Shown in pieces: positions 50,761 through 61,096 of a stretch of 64,000 bases of DNA. The first letter of the stretch is position 1, and every line of letters starts with the position of its first letter. The stretch comes from Escherichia coli (GTDB taxonomy: Bacteria; Pseudomonadota; Gammaproteobacteria; Enterobacterales; Enterobacteriaceae). The notes below the pieces were generated by a model that searched no databases, was not told the DNA's origin, and saw nothing but the letters and a program-made list of their open reading frames with translations. A program made the position numbers and the translations under genes. The stretch lies in NCBI RefSeq assembly GCF_001677475.2, contig NZ_CP015229.1; one strand, given 5' to 3'.

Positions 50761-52256
50761 TGCGAACCTCCCTTGCCACGCAGTAGTTGCTCATAACTGC
50801 TCAGGTTATGCTGTATCACATTGACTACCGGCAACGCCTTTTCTTTTATACCCAGGAAGCGCATCAGCCGGTGCAGATCCACGTTTCCCGGGGTATTCAG
50901 CATCTGCTCCATACCTTTTGCCACGACTGAGATATCGTCGTATCCTGCAGCCAGTTTCAGGGCATGTACCATCAGCCTTCCTGCCATATCGGGCTCCAGA
51001 TGATTACATAAGCGACGCCACAGCCTCCGCCATTCATCGTCCGGCAGGATGTCATTTCTCAGCGTTGCATGGCAGAACGCACCGGGCTTTTTTGCCAGAC
51101 TGTCGATCACATGTCGGAAGTCGATACGACGGGCCCGCGTCTTCCCTTTTTCTGGTCTGACGCGAGGGCAGCTCATGACCTCGCTGCTGCCAACGTAACA
51201 GCTCAGACGATCGTCCCATAACCTGACCCGTAACAGTTGACCTACAAGCCGGGAAGGTACGCTGTAGACGACGTGCTTCACATTGATGGTACTGCTGCGA
51301 CTAACCCTCACAGTCAGCTCATCATAGTCAGCACTGCGACGAAGCGGCAGCGGTTTCAGATGAAGACGTTCTTCCTTGACCAGATCCTGATTGTTACGGT
51401 TGTGCCGCATAACCTGCTGAGTGATGAAGGCCTGATATTCTTCTATGGTGCTGAAGTCGTTACTGCCCCGCAGTATCAGCGCCTGACAGATACGCCTTTT
51501 CAGATGTCCGTGGGCACTTTCAACCGAGCCATTTTCGTGGCCCCGACCGGCATTATTGTGTACGCCCTGCATTCCGTAGTGCTGACAGAGAGTAGCATAA
51601 CGCTCAGTCAGCTCGCGGCGTCCATCTTCGCCCTGTTGTTTCCATGCTGCCCTCAGGCTGTCCGTTTTATGTTCTACCGGCACTCCGCCCAGTTGTCCGA
51701 GGGCTTCCTGCAGGCCTTCAGCCAGAGCAGAGAAGCTCTCACCACCCAGAACAACCCGCATCCAGCTCCAGTGGCTCCATTCCAGACGGAAGTGATACAA
51801 CTTATGCGCCAACAACTTACCGGCGATGGTGACAACTACACCTTTCAGTTCAGTAAAGTCCGACAGGCCTCGCAGGCCGGGCTGATGTTGCTGGCGGAAC
51901 ATGACCTCCTGCTCTGTACCATACTGTAGTTTCCATTCGCGAACCCGCCGTTGCATTGTTCTTCGAAGGCTGTTGGGGTACTGGCCGGGATATTTATCCT
52001 GTAGCATCTCCAGTAGAGTTGTTGGTGTCAGAGCCGGCCTCTCTTTCAACAGAGGAACAAGCATGCTGTCCCACACAGCTTCCAGAGGATCTTTGCGTGT
52101 GCGCCAGTGCCGAACACTGTTTTTTGCCCACTCTCCTTTTTCGATCCGACGACCAGAACGGACTGAGATACCAGCCTTCATGGCCGAGATATGCTGAGTT
52201 ATACCTTTCTTACGCTGAGTCATATAGTAACTGACCTGAGAAGTATTGAGCGTCAC
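50757..52256 (-). CDS. istA: IS21-family transposase IstA
   Basis: 499 aa; N-terminal HTH, DDE-type core; 4-bp overlap with istB. Confidence 0.85.
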   Translation of the reverse strand: MTLNTSQVSYYMTQRKKGITQHISAMKAGISVRSGRRIEKGEWAKNSVRHWRTRKDPLEAVWDSMLVPLLKERPALTPTTLLEMLQDKYPGQYPNSLRRTMQRRVREWKLQYGTEQEVMFRQQHQPGLRGLSDFTELKGVVVTIAGKLLAHKLYHFRLEWSHWSWMRVVLGGESFSALAEGLQEALGQLGGVPVEHKTDSLRAAWKQQGEDGRRELTERYATLCQHYGMQGVHNNAGRGHENGSVESAHGHLKRRICQALILRGSNDFSTIEEYQAFITQQVMRHNRNNQDLVKEERLHLKPLPLRRSADYDELTVRVSRSSTINVKHVVYSVPSRLVGQLLRVRLWDDRLSCYVGSSEVMSCPRVRPEKGKTRARRIDFRHVIDSLAKKPGAFCHATLRNDILPDDEWRRLWRRLCNHLEPDMAGRLMVHALKLAAGYDDISVVAKGMEQMLNTPGNVDLHRLMRFLGIKEKALPVVNVIQHNLSSYEQLLRGKGGSQ

Positions 52257-52380
52257 GCCATTTCCTGTTGGATCATGTAAATGACACTCAGGTTACAAAA
52301 CCGGCCAGAATAATCGGCGCCAGGCGGACTGAGTTATTGTCGTCTCATACGCTGGATTACCAGTTGAAATCGTAAAGCGT

Positions 52381-52404
52381 TGCCGGATGACGCGTCATCC
52401 GGCG
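52381..52404. repeat. Perfect palindrome GCCGGATGACGCGTCATCCGGC (REP-like / terminator hairpin)
   Basis: Read directly; lies just 3' of the dehydrogenase gene on the minus strand. Confidence 0.4.
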
Positions 52405-52409
52405 AACAC

Positions 52410-53180
52410 TTACTGCGCTACCCAACCGCCATCCATATTCCACGCCACCCCACGCACTTGTGCTGCCGCATCCGAACAGAGAAACAGCGCCAGTTCACCC
52501 AGTTGTTGCGGAGTCACAAATTCACGAGAAGGCTGTTTTTCTGCCAGTAAGGCGTCACGCGCGCTTTCCGCATCTTCGCCTTGCGCAATGCGCTTATCAA
52601 TCTGCTGTTGTACCAGCGGCGTCAGCACCCAGCCAGGGCAGAGCGCGTTGCAGGTAATACCCGTCTGCGCAGTTTCCAGAGCAATGGTCTTTGTGAGTCC
52701 CACCACGCCATGTTTTGCCGCAACATAAGCTGATTTGTCTTTCGACGCTACCAGCCCATGCACAGAGGCAATGTTAATGATCCGACCCCAGTTACGAGTG
52801 CGCATTTCTGGCAGTGCCAGACGCGTGGTGTGAAAGACAGAAGAGAGATTGATGGCGATAATGGCGTTCCATTTTTCTACAGGGAAAGATTCAACCGGGG
52901 AGACATACTGGATCCCGGCGTTATTCACCAGAATGTCCACACCGCCAAATTCCCGCCGTGCGTAGGCCATCATGTTGATAATTTGCGATTCATCGCTGAG
53001 GTCTGCCTCATGATAGCCAGGCGTTTTACCCATACGAGAAACCGCATTGATTGCCGCGTCAACATCACCGAAGCCGTTGAGGATCACTTGCGCGCCAGCG
53101 TTTGCCAGTGTCTGAGCAATACCGAGTCCGATACCGCTGGTGGACCCCGTCACCAGCGCAGTTTTACCTTGTAAATTCAT
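52410..53180 (-). CDS. Short-chain dehydrogenase/reductase, 3-hydroxybutyrate dehydrogenase-like
   Basis: 256 aa; TGSTSGIG cofactor motif and YxxxK catalytic motif. Confidence 0.75.
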   Translation of the reverse strand: MNLQGKTALVTGSTSGIGLGIAQTLANAGAQVILNGFGDVDAAINAVSRMGKTPGYHEADLSDESQIINMMAYARREFGGVDILVNNAGIQYVSPVESFPVEKWNAIIAINLSSVFHTTRLALPEMRTRNWGRIINIASVHGLVASKDKSAYVAAKHGVVGLTKTIALETAQTGITCNALCPGWVLTPLVQQQIDKRIAQGEDAESARDALLAEKQPSREFVTPQQLGELALFLCSDAAAQVRGVAWNMDGGWVAQ

Positions 53181-53191
53181 GATGATTTTCC

Positions 53192-54583
53192 TTAGACAAT
53201 GCCGGTGGTGTAGTACACGCCGATGATAAACAGCACGGCCAGACTTTTAATGATCGTAATTGCGAAGATGCCGCCGTAAGCCTGACGGTGACTCAGCCCA
53301 GTAATTGCCAGCAGGGTGATCACAGCGCCGTTATGGGGCAATGTATCCATGCCGCCACTGGCCATAGATGCCACGCGGTGAAAAACTTCCAGTGGAATAT
53401 TGGCAGCGTGCGCAGCGGCAATAAAAGTGTCGGACATAGCCGCAAGAGCAATACTCATCCCGCCGGACGCTGAACCGGTAATTCCGGCAAGTGTGGTGAT
53501 GCTGATGGCTTCGTTGAGTAATGGATCAGGAATGGCGGCCAGCGCCTTTGAGAGCACCAGAAAACCGGGTAGGGCGGCGATAACCGCACCGAAGCCATAT
53601 TCTGAGGCGGTGTTCATCGCAGCCAGAATTGCGCCGCCTACCGCTGTACGGCTTCCTTCTGCCAGTCTTCCATGAATATTGCGATATCCAAAAATCACTA
53701 CCAGCAAAATTCCGGCAATGAGCGCAGCTTCGACGGCCCAGATTGCGGTGATTTTGGCGACATCTGTGGTAATCGGGGCGGTAAGTCCCGGCAACTCCAG
53801 TTGGTGGCTCGCACCGTACCAAACAGGGATCCACCAGGTAAACAACAAGTTCAACAGCCCCACCAGAATCAATGGTGAAATCGCAATGAGTGGGTTCGGT
53901 AAATTGATGTTATCTGGTGTTTCAGGTTCATTAAGTAACTCTGTGCCGTAACCTTCATTTTTTGCCTGCGCTTTACGACGCTGCCGCTCCAGATAGATAA
54001 GCCCGACGGCAATGATAAACAGTGAACCAATAAGCCCCAGCCACGGCGCGGCCCAGGCGTTGGTGCCAAAGAAACTGGTAGGAATAATGTTCTGAATTTG
54101 TGGCGTGCCGGGCAGAGCGTCCATAGTAAAAGAGAATGCTCCCAGGGCCACCGTTGCCGGTATAAGTCGTTTTGGGATGTTACTCTGGCGGAACAGTTCA
54201 GCCGCGAACGGATAAACGGCAAATGCCACCACAAACAGCGACACTCCGCCATAGGTGAGTAATGCACATACCAGCACAATCACCGGAATCGCATGCCGCC
54301 GGCCGAGAATGTTGATTGCAGCAGCGACAATCGAACGAGAAAATCCTGAAAGTTCAATCAGTTTTCCGAACACGGCCCCGAGCAGAAACACCGGGAAGTA
54401 CAATTTCACGAAGCCGACCATTTTTTCCATGAACAGGCCGGTAAATGCTGGGCCAACGGCCCCCGGATCGGTGACAAGAACAGCGCCTAATGCTGCGATG
54501 GGGGCAAAAAGGATAACGCTGTATCCGCGATAGGCTGCCAGCATTAGCAGCCCAAGCGCGGCAAGGGCGATTAATACACTCAT
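53192..54583 (-). CDS. GntP-family permease (hydroxy-acid/H+ symporter type)
   Basis: 463 aa polytopic membrane protein with GntP-like sequence. Confidence 0.75.
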   Translation of the reverse strand: MSVLIALAALGLLMLAAYRGYSVILFAPIAALGAVLVTDPGAVGPAFTGLFMEKMVGFVKLYFPVFLLGAVFGKLIELSGFSRSIVAAAINILGRRHAIPVIVLVCALLTYGGVSLFVVAFAVYPFAAELFRQSNIPKRLIPATVALGAFSFTMDALPGTPQIQNIIPTSFFGTNAWAAPWLGLIGSLFIIAVGLIYLERQRRKAQAKNEGYGTELLNEPETPDNINLPNPLIAISPLILVGLLNLLFTWWIPVWYGASHQLELPGLTAPITTDVAKITAIWAVEAALIAGILLVVIFGYRNIHGRLAEGSRTAVGGAILAAMNTASEYGFGAVIAALPGFLVLSKALAAIPDPLLNEAISITTLAGITGSASGGMSIALAAMSDTFIAAAHAANIPLEVFHRVASMASGGMDTLPHNGAVITLLAITGLSHRQAYGGIFAITIIKSLAVLFIIGVYYTTGIV

Positions 54584-54628
54584 CGGGACTCCTCAATATC
54601 GTTGTTATAGTGGGTACAGCGAGAGAAG

Positions 54629-55552
54629 TTATGGTTTAAGGGCGAAGCGAAGTTGATGTTCCCGACGCTGCTGGATGTACTGCTTCCGCGATTCATCCCA
54701 GCAGTAAAATCCCTGACCGCTACGTACGCCGATGTCTCCACGTTCCACTTTTTCGGCAACTAATGACATCATGTCGCTGCCAGTCGCTAGTTCAGGGAGC
54801 AGATGGCGACAAATATCCTGCACCGTCGAAAGTCCGGTCATGTCGGCGGCCTCCAGCGGGCCGACCATGGCATAACGTCGCCCAAGCGAGGCGCGCATCA
54901 CCTGATCCACCACTTCTGCACTGGCGATGCCGCTTTTTACGATATGCAGGGCTTCACGCAACAGTGCAAATTGCAGACGGTTGCCGACAAATCCTGGCGC
55001 AGCGCGATCCAGCAACACTGCTTCCAGTTGCAGTGACACAAGCAAGTGTTGCAGCCAGTGCAAATGCTTTGGCTCGGTAACGCTGCCGGGGATAATCTCC
55101 ACAAGTGGAATGAAGTGCGGCGGATGCCAGAAATGGGCGATCAGCAGTCGTTGCGGGTAGCGCATCTTCGCGGCCAGATCATCGGGCGGCAGACCGCTGG
55201 TATTGCTGGCGACAATGGCCTCAGGAGAAATAAGCGTTTCAAGCTCGGTATATAATGCGTGTTTTAGTTCAAGTCGCTCCGGGATCGCCTCAATCAGTAG
55301 TTGCGAGTCGGCGATGTCTGCAAGAGAAGTCGTGCCGTGCAGACGTTTAAGCACATTCTCTTTTTCCGGGGCAGTAAACTGTTCGCAGCTAATCAGCTCA
55401 TCAAGAATTCCGCCTGCAACTACGTGGATTTCTGCAATCCGGCTCTGCTCGGTATCGTACAGCCAGATATCATGACCAAAGCGGGCGAAATGAGTGGCAA
55501 TCCCCACGCCCATCAATCCGGCGCCCAGTACCGCAAATTGTTCAGTTTGCAT
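54629..55552 (-). CDS. 3-hydroxyacyl-CoA dehydrogenase family protein
   Basis: 307 aa; N-terminal Rossmann motif [13 protein letters not shown]. Confidence 0.7.
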   Translation of the reverse strand: MQTEQFAVLGAGLMGVGIATHFARFGHDIWLYDTEQSRIAEIHVVAGGILDELISCEQFTAPEKENVLKRLHGTTSLADIADSQLLIEAIPERLELKHALYTELETLISPEAIVASNTSGLPPDDLAAKMRYPQRLLIAHFWHPPHFIPLVEIIPGSVTEPKHLHWLQHLLVSLQLEAVLLDRAAPGFVGNRLQFALLREALHIVKSGIASAEVVDQVMRASLGRRYAMVGPLEAADMTGLSTVQDICRHLLPELATGSDMMSLVAEKVERGDIGVRSGQGFYCWDESRKQYIQQRREHQLRFALKP

Positions 55553-56746
55553 GGTGTTCTCCTGTGGTTCTTTCCAGTGTCAGCGCCACGCCCTGACCGC
55601 CACCGACGCACAGCGTCGCCAGCCCTTTTTGCGCATTACGTCGCGCCATTTCATAAATGAGAGTGACCAGAATGCGGCAACCGGAAGCGCCAATAGGATG
55701 CCCAAGTGCGATTGCGCCGCCGTTAACATTCACTTTGTCGCAATCCCAGTTCAGTTCGTCGCCAACGGCCAGCGCCTGCGCTGCGAAAGCCTCGTTGGCT
55801 TCAATAAGATCAATATCTTCCAGCGTCCATCCGCAACGCTTAAGACATTCGCGGGAGCGGCGACCGGACCAATGCCCATAAAGGCAGGATCGACGCCAGA
55901 AACGGCATAACCAGCCACCCGAGCCAGCACAGGGAGACCAAGTTCGGCAGCTTTGCTGGCGCGCATTAACATGACTGCGGCGGCACCATCATTGATGGAA
56001 GAAGCATTTCCTGCGGTGACGCTTCCCGCCCCCGGAAGAAAGGCCGGTTTCAGTTGTGCTAGTTTTTCCAGTTGCGTCCCGGAACGTGGTTGTTCGTCGG
56101 TATTTACCCTGCGTGGTGGTTTTTTACCTTGTGGTACGCTGACCGGAGTAATTTCGTCTGCAAAGCGCCCGGCTTCCATTGCGGCAGCGGCTTTTTGCTG
56201 AGAACGTAGCGCGAATGTGTCCTGTCGCTCGCGACTGATGGCATATTTTTGCGCCAGGTTTTCTGCAGTAATGCCCATGTGGTAATCATTGAAAGCGTCC
56301 CATAGTCCGTCATGCACCACGCTGTCTTTCATGCTGGTATGCCCGAGGCGTAAACCTGCCCGTGCGCCATCAATAAAATAGGGCGCGTTACTCATGCTTT
56401 CCTGGCCACCTGCGATAATTATCTGTGCATCACCGCAACGGATCGCCTGTACGGCCTGGTGTACTGCTTTCAGACCGGAACCACATACCAGGTTGATGGT
56501 AACGGCGGGTGTATCGTGGCTTAACCCGGCTTTGAGCGCCGATTGCCGTGCCGGATTTTGTCCGCTTCCGGCAGTCAGGACCTGACCAAAAATCACTTCG
56601 TCGATCTGTTCTGCTGCAAGTGCTGTTTTCTCCAGCAATGAACGGATGGTGGCAGCGCCGAGATCAACCGCAGAAAGTGGGGCGAGAGCGCCATGAAAAC
56701 AGCCAATCGGTGTGCGCGTAGCGGCAACAATAACAACGTCCTGCAT
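55542..56746 (-). pseudogene. Acetyl-CoA acetyltransferase (thiolase) with apparent 1-nt frameshift near 55850
   Basis: Track shows N-terminal 331-codon ORF (55751..56746) and the conserved C-terminal thiolase segment [24 protein letters not shown] in a different frame (55542..55733). Confidence 0.65.
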
Positions 56747-56755
56747 GGTGATTCC

Positions 56756-57412
56756 TCAGTTGAATTGCATTTCCGGGACATGTTCCGGCACAAACAACTT
56801 ACCGGCGGTTTTGGCGATGATTTCCGCAACGCTGATTCCCGGCGCGCGCTCGCGCAGAATGAAAGCTCCGTCAGCAATTTCCAGCAGAGCAAGGTCGGTT
56901 AAGACGCGTTTGATGCATCCGGCGCCGGTCAACGGAAGGGTACAGTCAGGAAGCAGTTTGGATTCGCCGGATTTGGAGGCGTGGGTCATTACCACAATAA
57001 TATTCTCGGCACCGGCAACCAGATCCATGGCACCGCCCATGCCTTTAACCATCTTGCCGGGGATCATCCATGAGGCAATGTTGCCATTCACATCCACTTC
57101 AAATACGCCAAGTACAGTCAGATCCACATGACCGCCACGGATCATGGCGAATGATTGCGCCGAATCGAAAATTGCCGCGCCTTTCCGCGCGGTAACGGTT
57201 TGTTTACCGGCATTAATCATGTCGGCGTCCAGTTCGTCTTCCGTAGGAAATGCGCCCATTCCCAGCAAACCGTTTTCTGACTGCAACATCACATCCATCC
57301 CGTCAGGAATGTAGTTTGCCACCAGGGTCGGGATACCAATGCCGAGATTGACGTAATAGCCATCGCGCAATTCGCGGGCGACTCGCATCGCCATTTGTTC
57401 ACGGGTTAACAT
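56756..57412 (-). CDS. 3-oxoacid CoA-transferase subunit B (AtoA-like)
   Basis: 218 aa; AtoA/ScoB-like sequence. Confidence 0.8.
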   Translation of the reverse strand: MLTREQMAMRVARELRDGYYVNLGIGIPTLVANYIPDGMDVMLQSENGLLGMGAFPTEDELDADMINAGKQTVTARKGAAIFDSAQSFAMIRGGHVDLTVLGVFEVDVNGNIASWMIPGKMVKGMGGAMDLVAGAENIIVVMTHASKSGESKLLPDCTLPLTGAGCIKRVLTDLALLEIADGAFILRERAPGISVAEIIAKTAGKLFVPEHVPEMQFN

Positions 57413-57414
57413 GG

Positions 57415-58122
57415 TCAGGCTCCTTTGCGGCTAAGGGTGCGTTGTTCAATGCGTTTTTCAAATTGCCCCTGAATGACGCGATTAACAAAAATCCCCGGGG
57501 TATGGATAGCGGCAGGATCAAGTTCACCAGGTGGCACTATTTCTTCCACTTCCACCACGGTGATTTTTCCGGCAGCCGCCATCAGTGGGTTGAAGTTTTG
57601 CGCGGTATGACGATAAATCACGTTGCCGTACCAGTCGGCTTTCCAGCCTTTGACCAGGGCAAAATCACCGGTGATAGCCTGTTCCATGATGTACGGGCGA
57701 CCGTTGAATTCGCGGACTTCTTTCCCTTCGGCAACGGGAGTACCGTAACCGGTGGCAGTAAAGAACGCCGGGATACCCGCGCCGCCTGCGCGCAGTTGTT
57801 CTGCCAGGGTTCCTTGTGGTGTGAGAATCGCCTCCAGTTCGCCGTTAAGCACCTGTTTTTCAAACAAAGCATTCTCGCCAACATAAGAAGCGACGACTTT
57901 ACGGATCTGTCGGCTTTCCAGTAGTACATCCAGTCCAAAACCATCTACGCCACAGTTATTGGAAACCACCGTTAATCCGGTTACTCCACGGTGGCGAACT
58001 TCAGCAATCAGATTCTCCGGGATGCCGCACAGGCCAAAACCTCCTGCCAGAATCGTCATCTCATTGGTAAGTCCTTCAAGCGCCTCGTGATACGTAGCGA
58101 CCCGTTTATCCAACCCAGCCAT
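57415..58122 (-). CDS. 3-oxoacid CoA-transferase subunit A (AtoD-like)
   Basis: 235 aa; AtoD/ScoA-like sequence. Confidence 0.8.
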   Translation of the reverse strand: MAGLDKRVATYHEALEGLTNEMTILAGGFGLCGIPENLIAEVRHRGVTGLTVVSNNCGVDGFGLDVLLESRQIRKVVASYVGENALFEKQVLNGELEAILTPQGTLAEQLRAGGAGIPAFFTATGYGTPVAEGKEVREFNGRPYIMEQAITGDFALVKGWKADWYGNVIYRHTAQNFNPLMAAAGKITVVEVEEIVPPGELDPAAIHTPGIFVNRVIQGQFEKRIEQRTLSRKGA

Positions 58123-58263
58123 ACAGTTGCCCTCCAGTTGTCCTTTTCAACATCATTAAGGGCAAAAAATGATTTGTTAATTTTAAATTTGTGACTCATT
58201 CATTTGTATTATTTATCAATACAATGTTAATTAAATGTATTCAGTAGGTTAACGGGGTGCCAG

Positions 58264-59154
58264 ATGAAAATGAGCATCAAACAGTTACGCGCGTTTTTAG
58301 CGGTAGCTCACACTCTGAACTTTGCCCATGCCAGTGAACGGCTGAATATGTCGCAGCCTGCGCTAAGTCTTGCCATTAAAGGACTGGAAGATGCCTTAGG
58401 GGGCGCTTTACTGCTGCGTACTACGCGAAAAGTGACATTAACCCAGGAGGGGGAAACGCTATTGTCGATGGCACGGCCTTTGCTGGCTGACTGGGATAAC
58501 ACTGAGGAGGCCATGCGTCAGCGATTCACGCTCAGGCGGGGCAAAGTCTCGGTGGCAGCGATGCCGTCATTTGCAGCCAACGTTCTGCCTCCGGTGCTGA
58601 AAACCTTCCGCGATTGTTATTCAGGGATTAATGTCACCGTGCACGATGTGGTGAATGAGCAGGTGATCGAAATGGTGAGCGAAGGGCGTGTGGAGATGGG
58701 TATTGCCTTTGAACCTGACTATTGCGGCCATGTGCATTTTACCCCACTGGGCGTGGATCGGTTTGTCGCTATTGTTCCAGCCGATTCACGACTGGCAAAT
58801 CGGCAACGCGTGAGTTGGCGGGATTTGCTGACGCTCGATTTTATCACCCTCCAGCGACCGTCAGCCGTCAGGTTGATGCTGGAGGAGCAGTTGGCACAAA
58901 GTGGAACGCAACTGGAAGTGTCGCTGGAAAGCCATCAACTGGTTACGGTTGGGCGGCTGGTGGCAAACGGTTTGGGAGGAAGCGCTGTGCCTGCGCTGTG
59001 CCGCAGGCAGATGAGCGAACTGGGCGCAGTGTGTCTGGAACTGGATAATCCAGTGATTGAGCGACGAGTAGGCGTACTGCGTTCGTCACACCATAAGCTT
59101 TCTACTGCGGCGCAGGCGTTGATGGAAACGTTAAAAAAAACCTATGACGCATAA
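58264..59154 (+). CDS. LysR-family transcriptional regulator, divergent from the catabolic operon
   Basis: 296 aa; N-terminal HTH LRAFLAVAHTLNFAHASERLNMSQPALSLAIKGLE. Confidence 0.8.
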   Translation: MKMSIKQLRAFLAVAHTLNFAHASERLNMSQPALSLAIKGLEDALGGALLLRTTRKVTLTQEGETLLSMARPLLADWDNTEEAMRQRFTLRRGKVSVAAMPSFAANVLPPVLKTFRDCYSGINVTVHDVVNEQVIEMVSEGRVEMGIAFEPDYCGHVHFTPLGVDRFVAIVPADSRLANRQRVSWRDLLTLDFITLQRPSAVRLMLEEQLAQSGTQLEVSLESHQLVTVGRLVANGLGGSAVPALCRRQMSELGAVCLELDNPVIERRVGVLRSSHHKLSTAAQALMETLKKTYDA

Positions 59155-59190
59155 CGTTTCCGCAGACATGCAATAGCCGGATGCCGCGTC

Positions 59191-60117
59191 CTACAGCGCC
59201 CGCCAGCAACGGATCTCACGTCCGTCAGCCCGCGTCGTTAATGATTGCCGGACTTCGCATCCGCTGGTTGCAAGGGGGCAACGTTCGCGGAAAAAACAGC
59301 CTTGTGGCAACGTGCGGTTTCCTGGTAGATCCGTTTTACGTAATGCCCATTCTTCCTCCAGCGGTTTATCAATGGCGGGGAGGGAATCCAGCAATAATCG
59401 GGTGTAGGGATGTGCCGGAGCTGTCAGCACCTGTTGCGCGTCTCCTAGTTCCACAATCTGTCCGAGATACATCACCGCCACCCGATCGCTCATATGACGT
59501 ATCACCGAGACATTGTGTGAAATCAGCACATAAGTCAGCTCGCGATTTTCCTGTAGCGTTACCAGTAAATTGAGGATCTGCGCCTGCACGGAGATATCCA
59601 GCGCCGAGGTTGGTTCATCAAGCACAATCACGTCAGGCTGCGAAGAGAGTGCTCTGGCAATGGCGATACGTTGCCGCTGCCCGCCTGAGAACGCATGAGG
59701 CAAGCGGTCGAGATACTCCGGACGAATACCCACCTGCACAGCCAGCTCCTCTGCCAACGCTCGCCGCTGTTGTTCACTACTACGCTTAGCAATCCAGAGC
59801 GGTTCCGTGATGATGCGCCACACCGGTAAGCGCGGATTAAGCGAAGAGAGCGGGTCCTGAAACACCATCTGCATAATGCGTTGTGATCCTGAACGGATGT
59901 ACTGCCCGTGGCTTGGTTGCAGCATACCCATTAAAAGCTGTGCGAGGGTGCTTTTGCCGCAGCCTGACTCACCTACGATCCCTAAGGTTTCACCACGACG
60001 GATCTGTAAATCAATACCATTGATGGCATGAACATGTTCCGTAGTTTTACCAAGCCAGTTTTTTCGGGCCGGGAAATTGATATGGACGTCGCGTAACGTT
60101 AATAACGTGTCAGACAC
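59191..60117 (-). CDS. ddpF: Dipeptide ABC transporter ATP-binding protein DdpF
   Basis: GTG start after AGGAGG RBS (track ORF extends to 60171); Walker motifs. Confidence 0.85.
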   Translation of the reverse strand: MSDTLLTLRDVHINFPARKNWLGKTTEHVHAINGIDLQIRRGETLGIVGESGCGKSTLAQLLMGMLQPSHGQYIRSGSQRIMQMVFQDPLSSLNPRLPVWRIITEPLWIAKRSSEQQRRALAEELAVQVGIRPEYLDRLPHAFSGGQRQRIAIARALSSQPDVIVLDEPTSALDISVQAQILNLLVTLQENRELTYVLISHNVSVIRHMSDRVAVMYLGQIVELGDAQQVLTAPAHPYTRLLLDSLPAIDKPLEEEWALRKTDLPGNRTLPQGCFFRERCPLATSGCEVRQSLTTRADGREIRCWRAL

Positions 60118-61096
60118 TAATGACCTCCTGCTGAGGATACCAACAGGCGCAGCTGTGGTTGTTGTCACCACACGCTGTCAGCGCCGGGACGTTTTCACAC
60201 TGTGCACCTGCCGCATAGCAACGATCGCGAAAAGCGCAGCCGTCAGGCAAATGGGTGAGGTTTGGTACCGTCCCTGGAATGGCGGGTAATGGCTGGCGCG
60301 GTATTCCATGTTCCGGTGCGCATTGCAGCAAACCAATGGTATACGGATGCCGGGGATGATGGATAACGTCTGCCGTCACGCCGCTCTCAATCACGCTTCC
60401 GGCATACATCACGTAAACGCTATCGCACAGTTGCGACACCACGGCCATATCATGGCTGATGAACAGTACCGCAGTTCCACTGGCGCGGGCTTTATGTTTA
60501 AGCAGACGCAGTACCTGCAACTGTACCGTGACGTCCAGCGCCGTAGTCGGTTCGTCGGCAATAATCAATTGCGGCTCGCAGGAGAATGCCAGCGCAATCA
60601 TTACCCGCTGTCGCATACCACCTGAAAGCTCAAACGGATAGCGCGACATAACTTCCACGGCATCCGGGATTTGCATTTCTTCCAGCAGGGCAATCGCTTT
60701 AGCTCTGGCTTCCCGACGACTTATTGGTTGATGATGGCGGATCACGTCCATCATCTGAAGACCTATTCGACGTGTCGGATTAAGGGCGGTCATCGGTTCC
60801 TGAAAGATCATCGCCACTCGTGCGCCGCGCCACTGACGAAGCTGCTTTTCCCGAGCGTTAAGAGCATCTTCTCCCAGCAGTGAAATATGTCCCCGATCTA
60901 CGCAATAACTGCCCGTCGGTAGCAGACGCATAATCAACATTGCAGTGACTGATTTACCCGAGCCGGATTCTCCCACCAGACCGACAATTTCACCGCGGTT
61001 GATTTTCAATGACACATTGTTGAGCGCGTGAACGTCGCCGTTAAAACCGGGGAAACTCAAATGCAGCTGTTGAATGTCCAGAACGGGTTGGGTCAT
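60110..61096 (-). CDS. ddpD: Dipeptide ABC transporter ATP-binding protein DdpD
   Basis: 328 aa ABC ATPase. Confidence 0.85.
   Translation of the reverse strand: MTQPVLDIQQLHLSFPGFNGDVHALNNVSLKINRGEIVGLVGESGSGKSVTAMLIMRLLPTGSYCVDRGHISLLGEDALNAREKQLRQWRGARVAMIFQEPMTALNPTRRIGLQMMDVIRHHQPISRREARAKAIALLEEMQIPDAVEVMSRYPFELSGGMRQRVMIALAFSCEPQLIIADEPTTALDVTVQLQVLRLLKHKARASGTAVLFISHDMAVVSQLCDSVYVMYAGSVIESGVTADVIHHPRHPYTIGLLQCAPEHGIPRQPLPAIPGTVPNLTHLPDGCAFRDRCYAAGAQCENVPALTACGDNNHSCACWYPQQEVISV

Larger units (their letters stand above)
49960..52330 (-). mobile_element. IS21-family insertion sequence (istA-istB); boundaries approximate
   Basis: Overlapping istA/istB gene pair; imperfect inverted motifs GCGCCAACTATACTGGCCG (about 49965-49985) and GCGCCGATTATTCTGGCCG (rc, about 52300-52320); exact termini not resolved. 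Confidence 0.6.
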
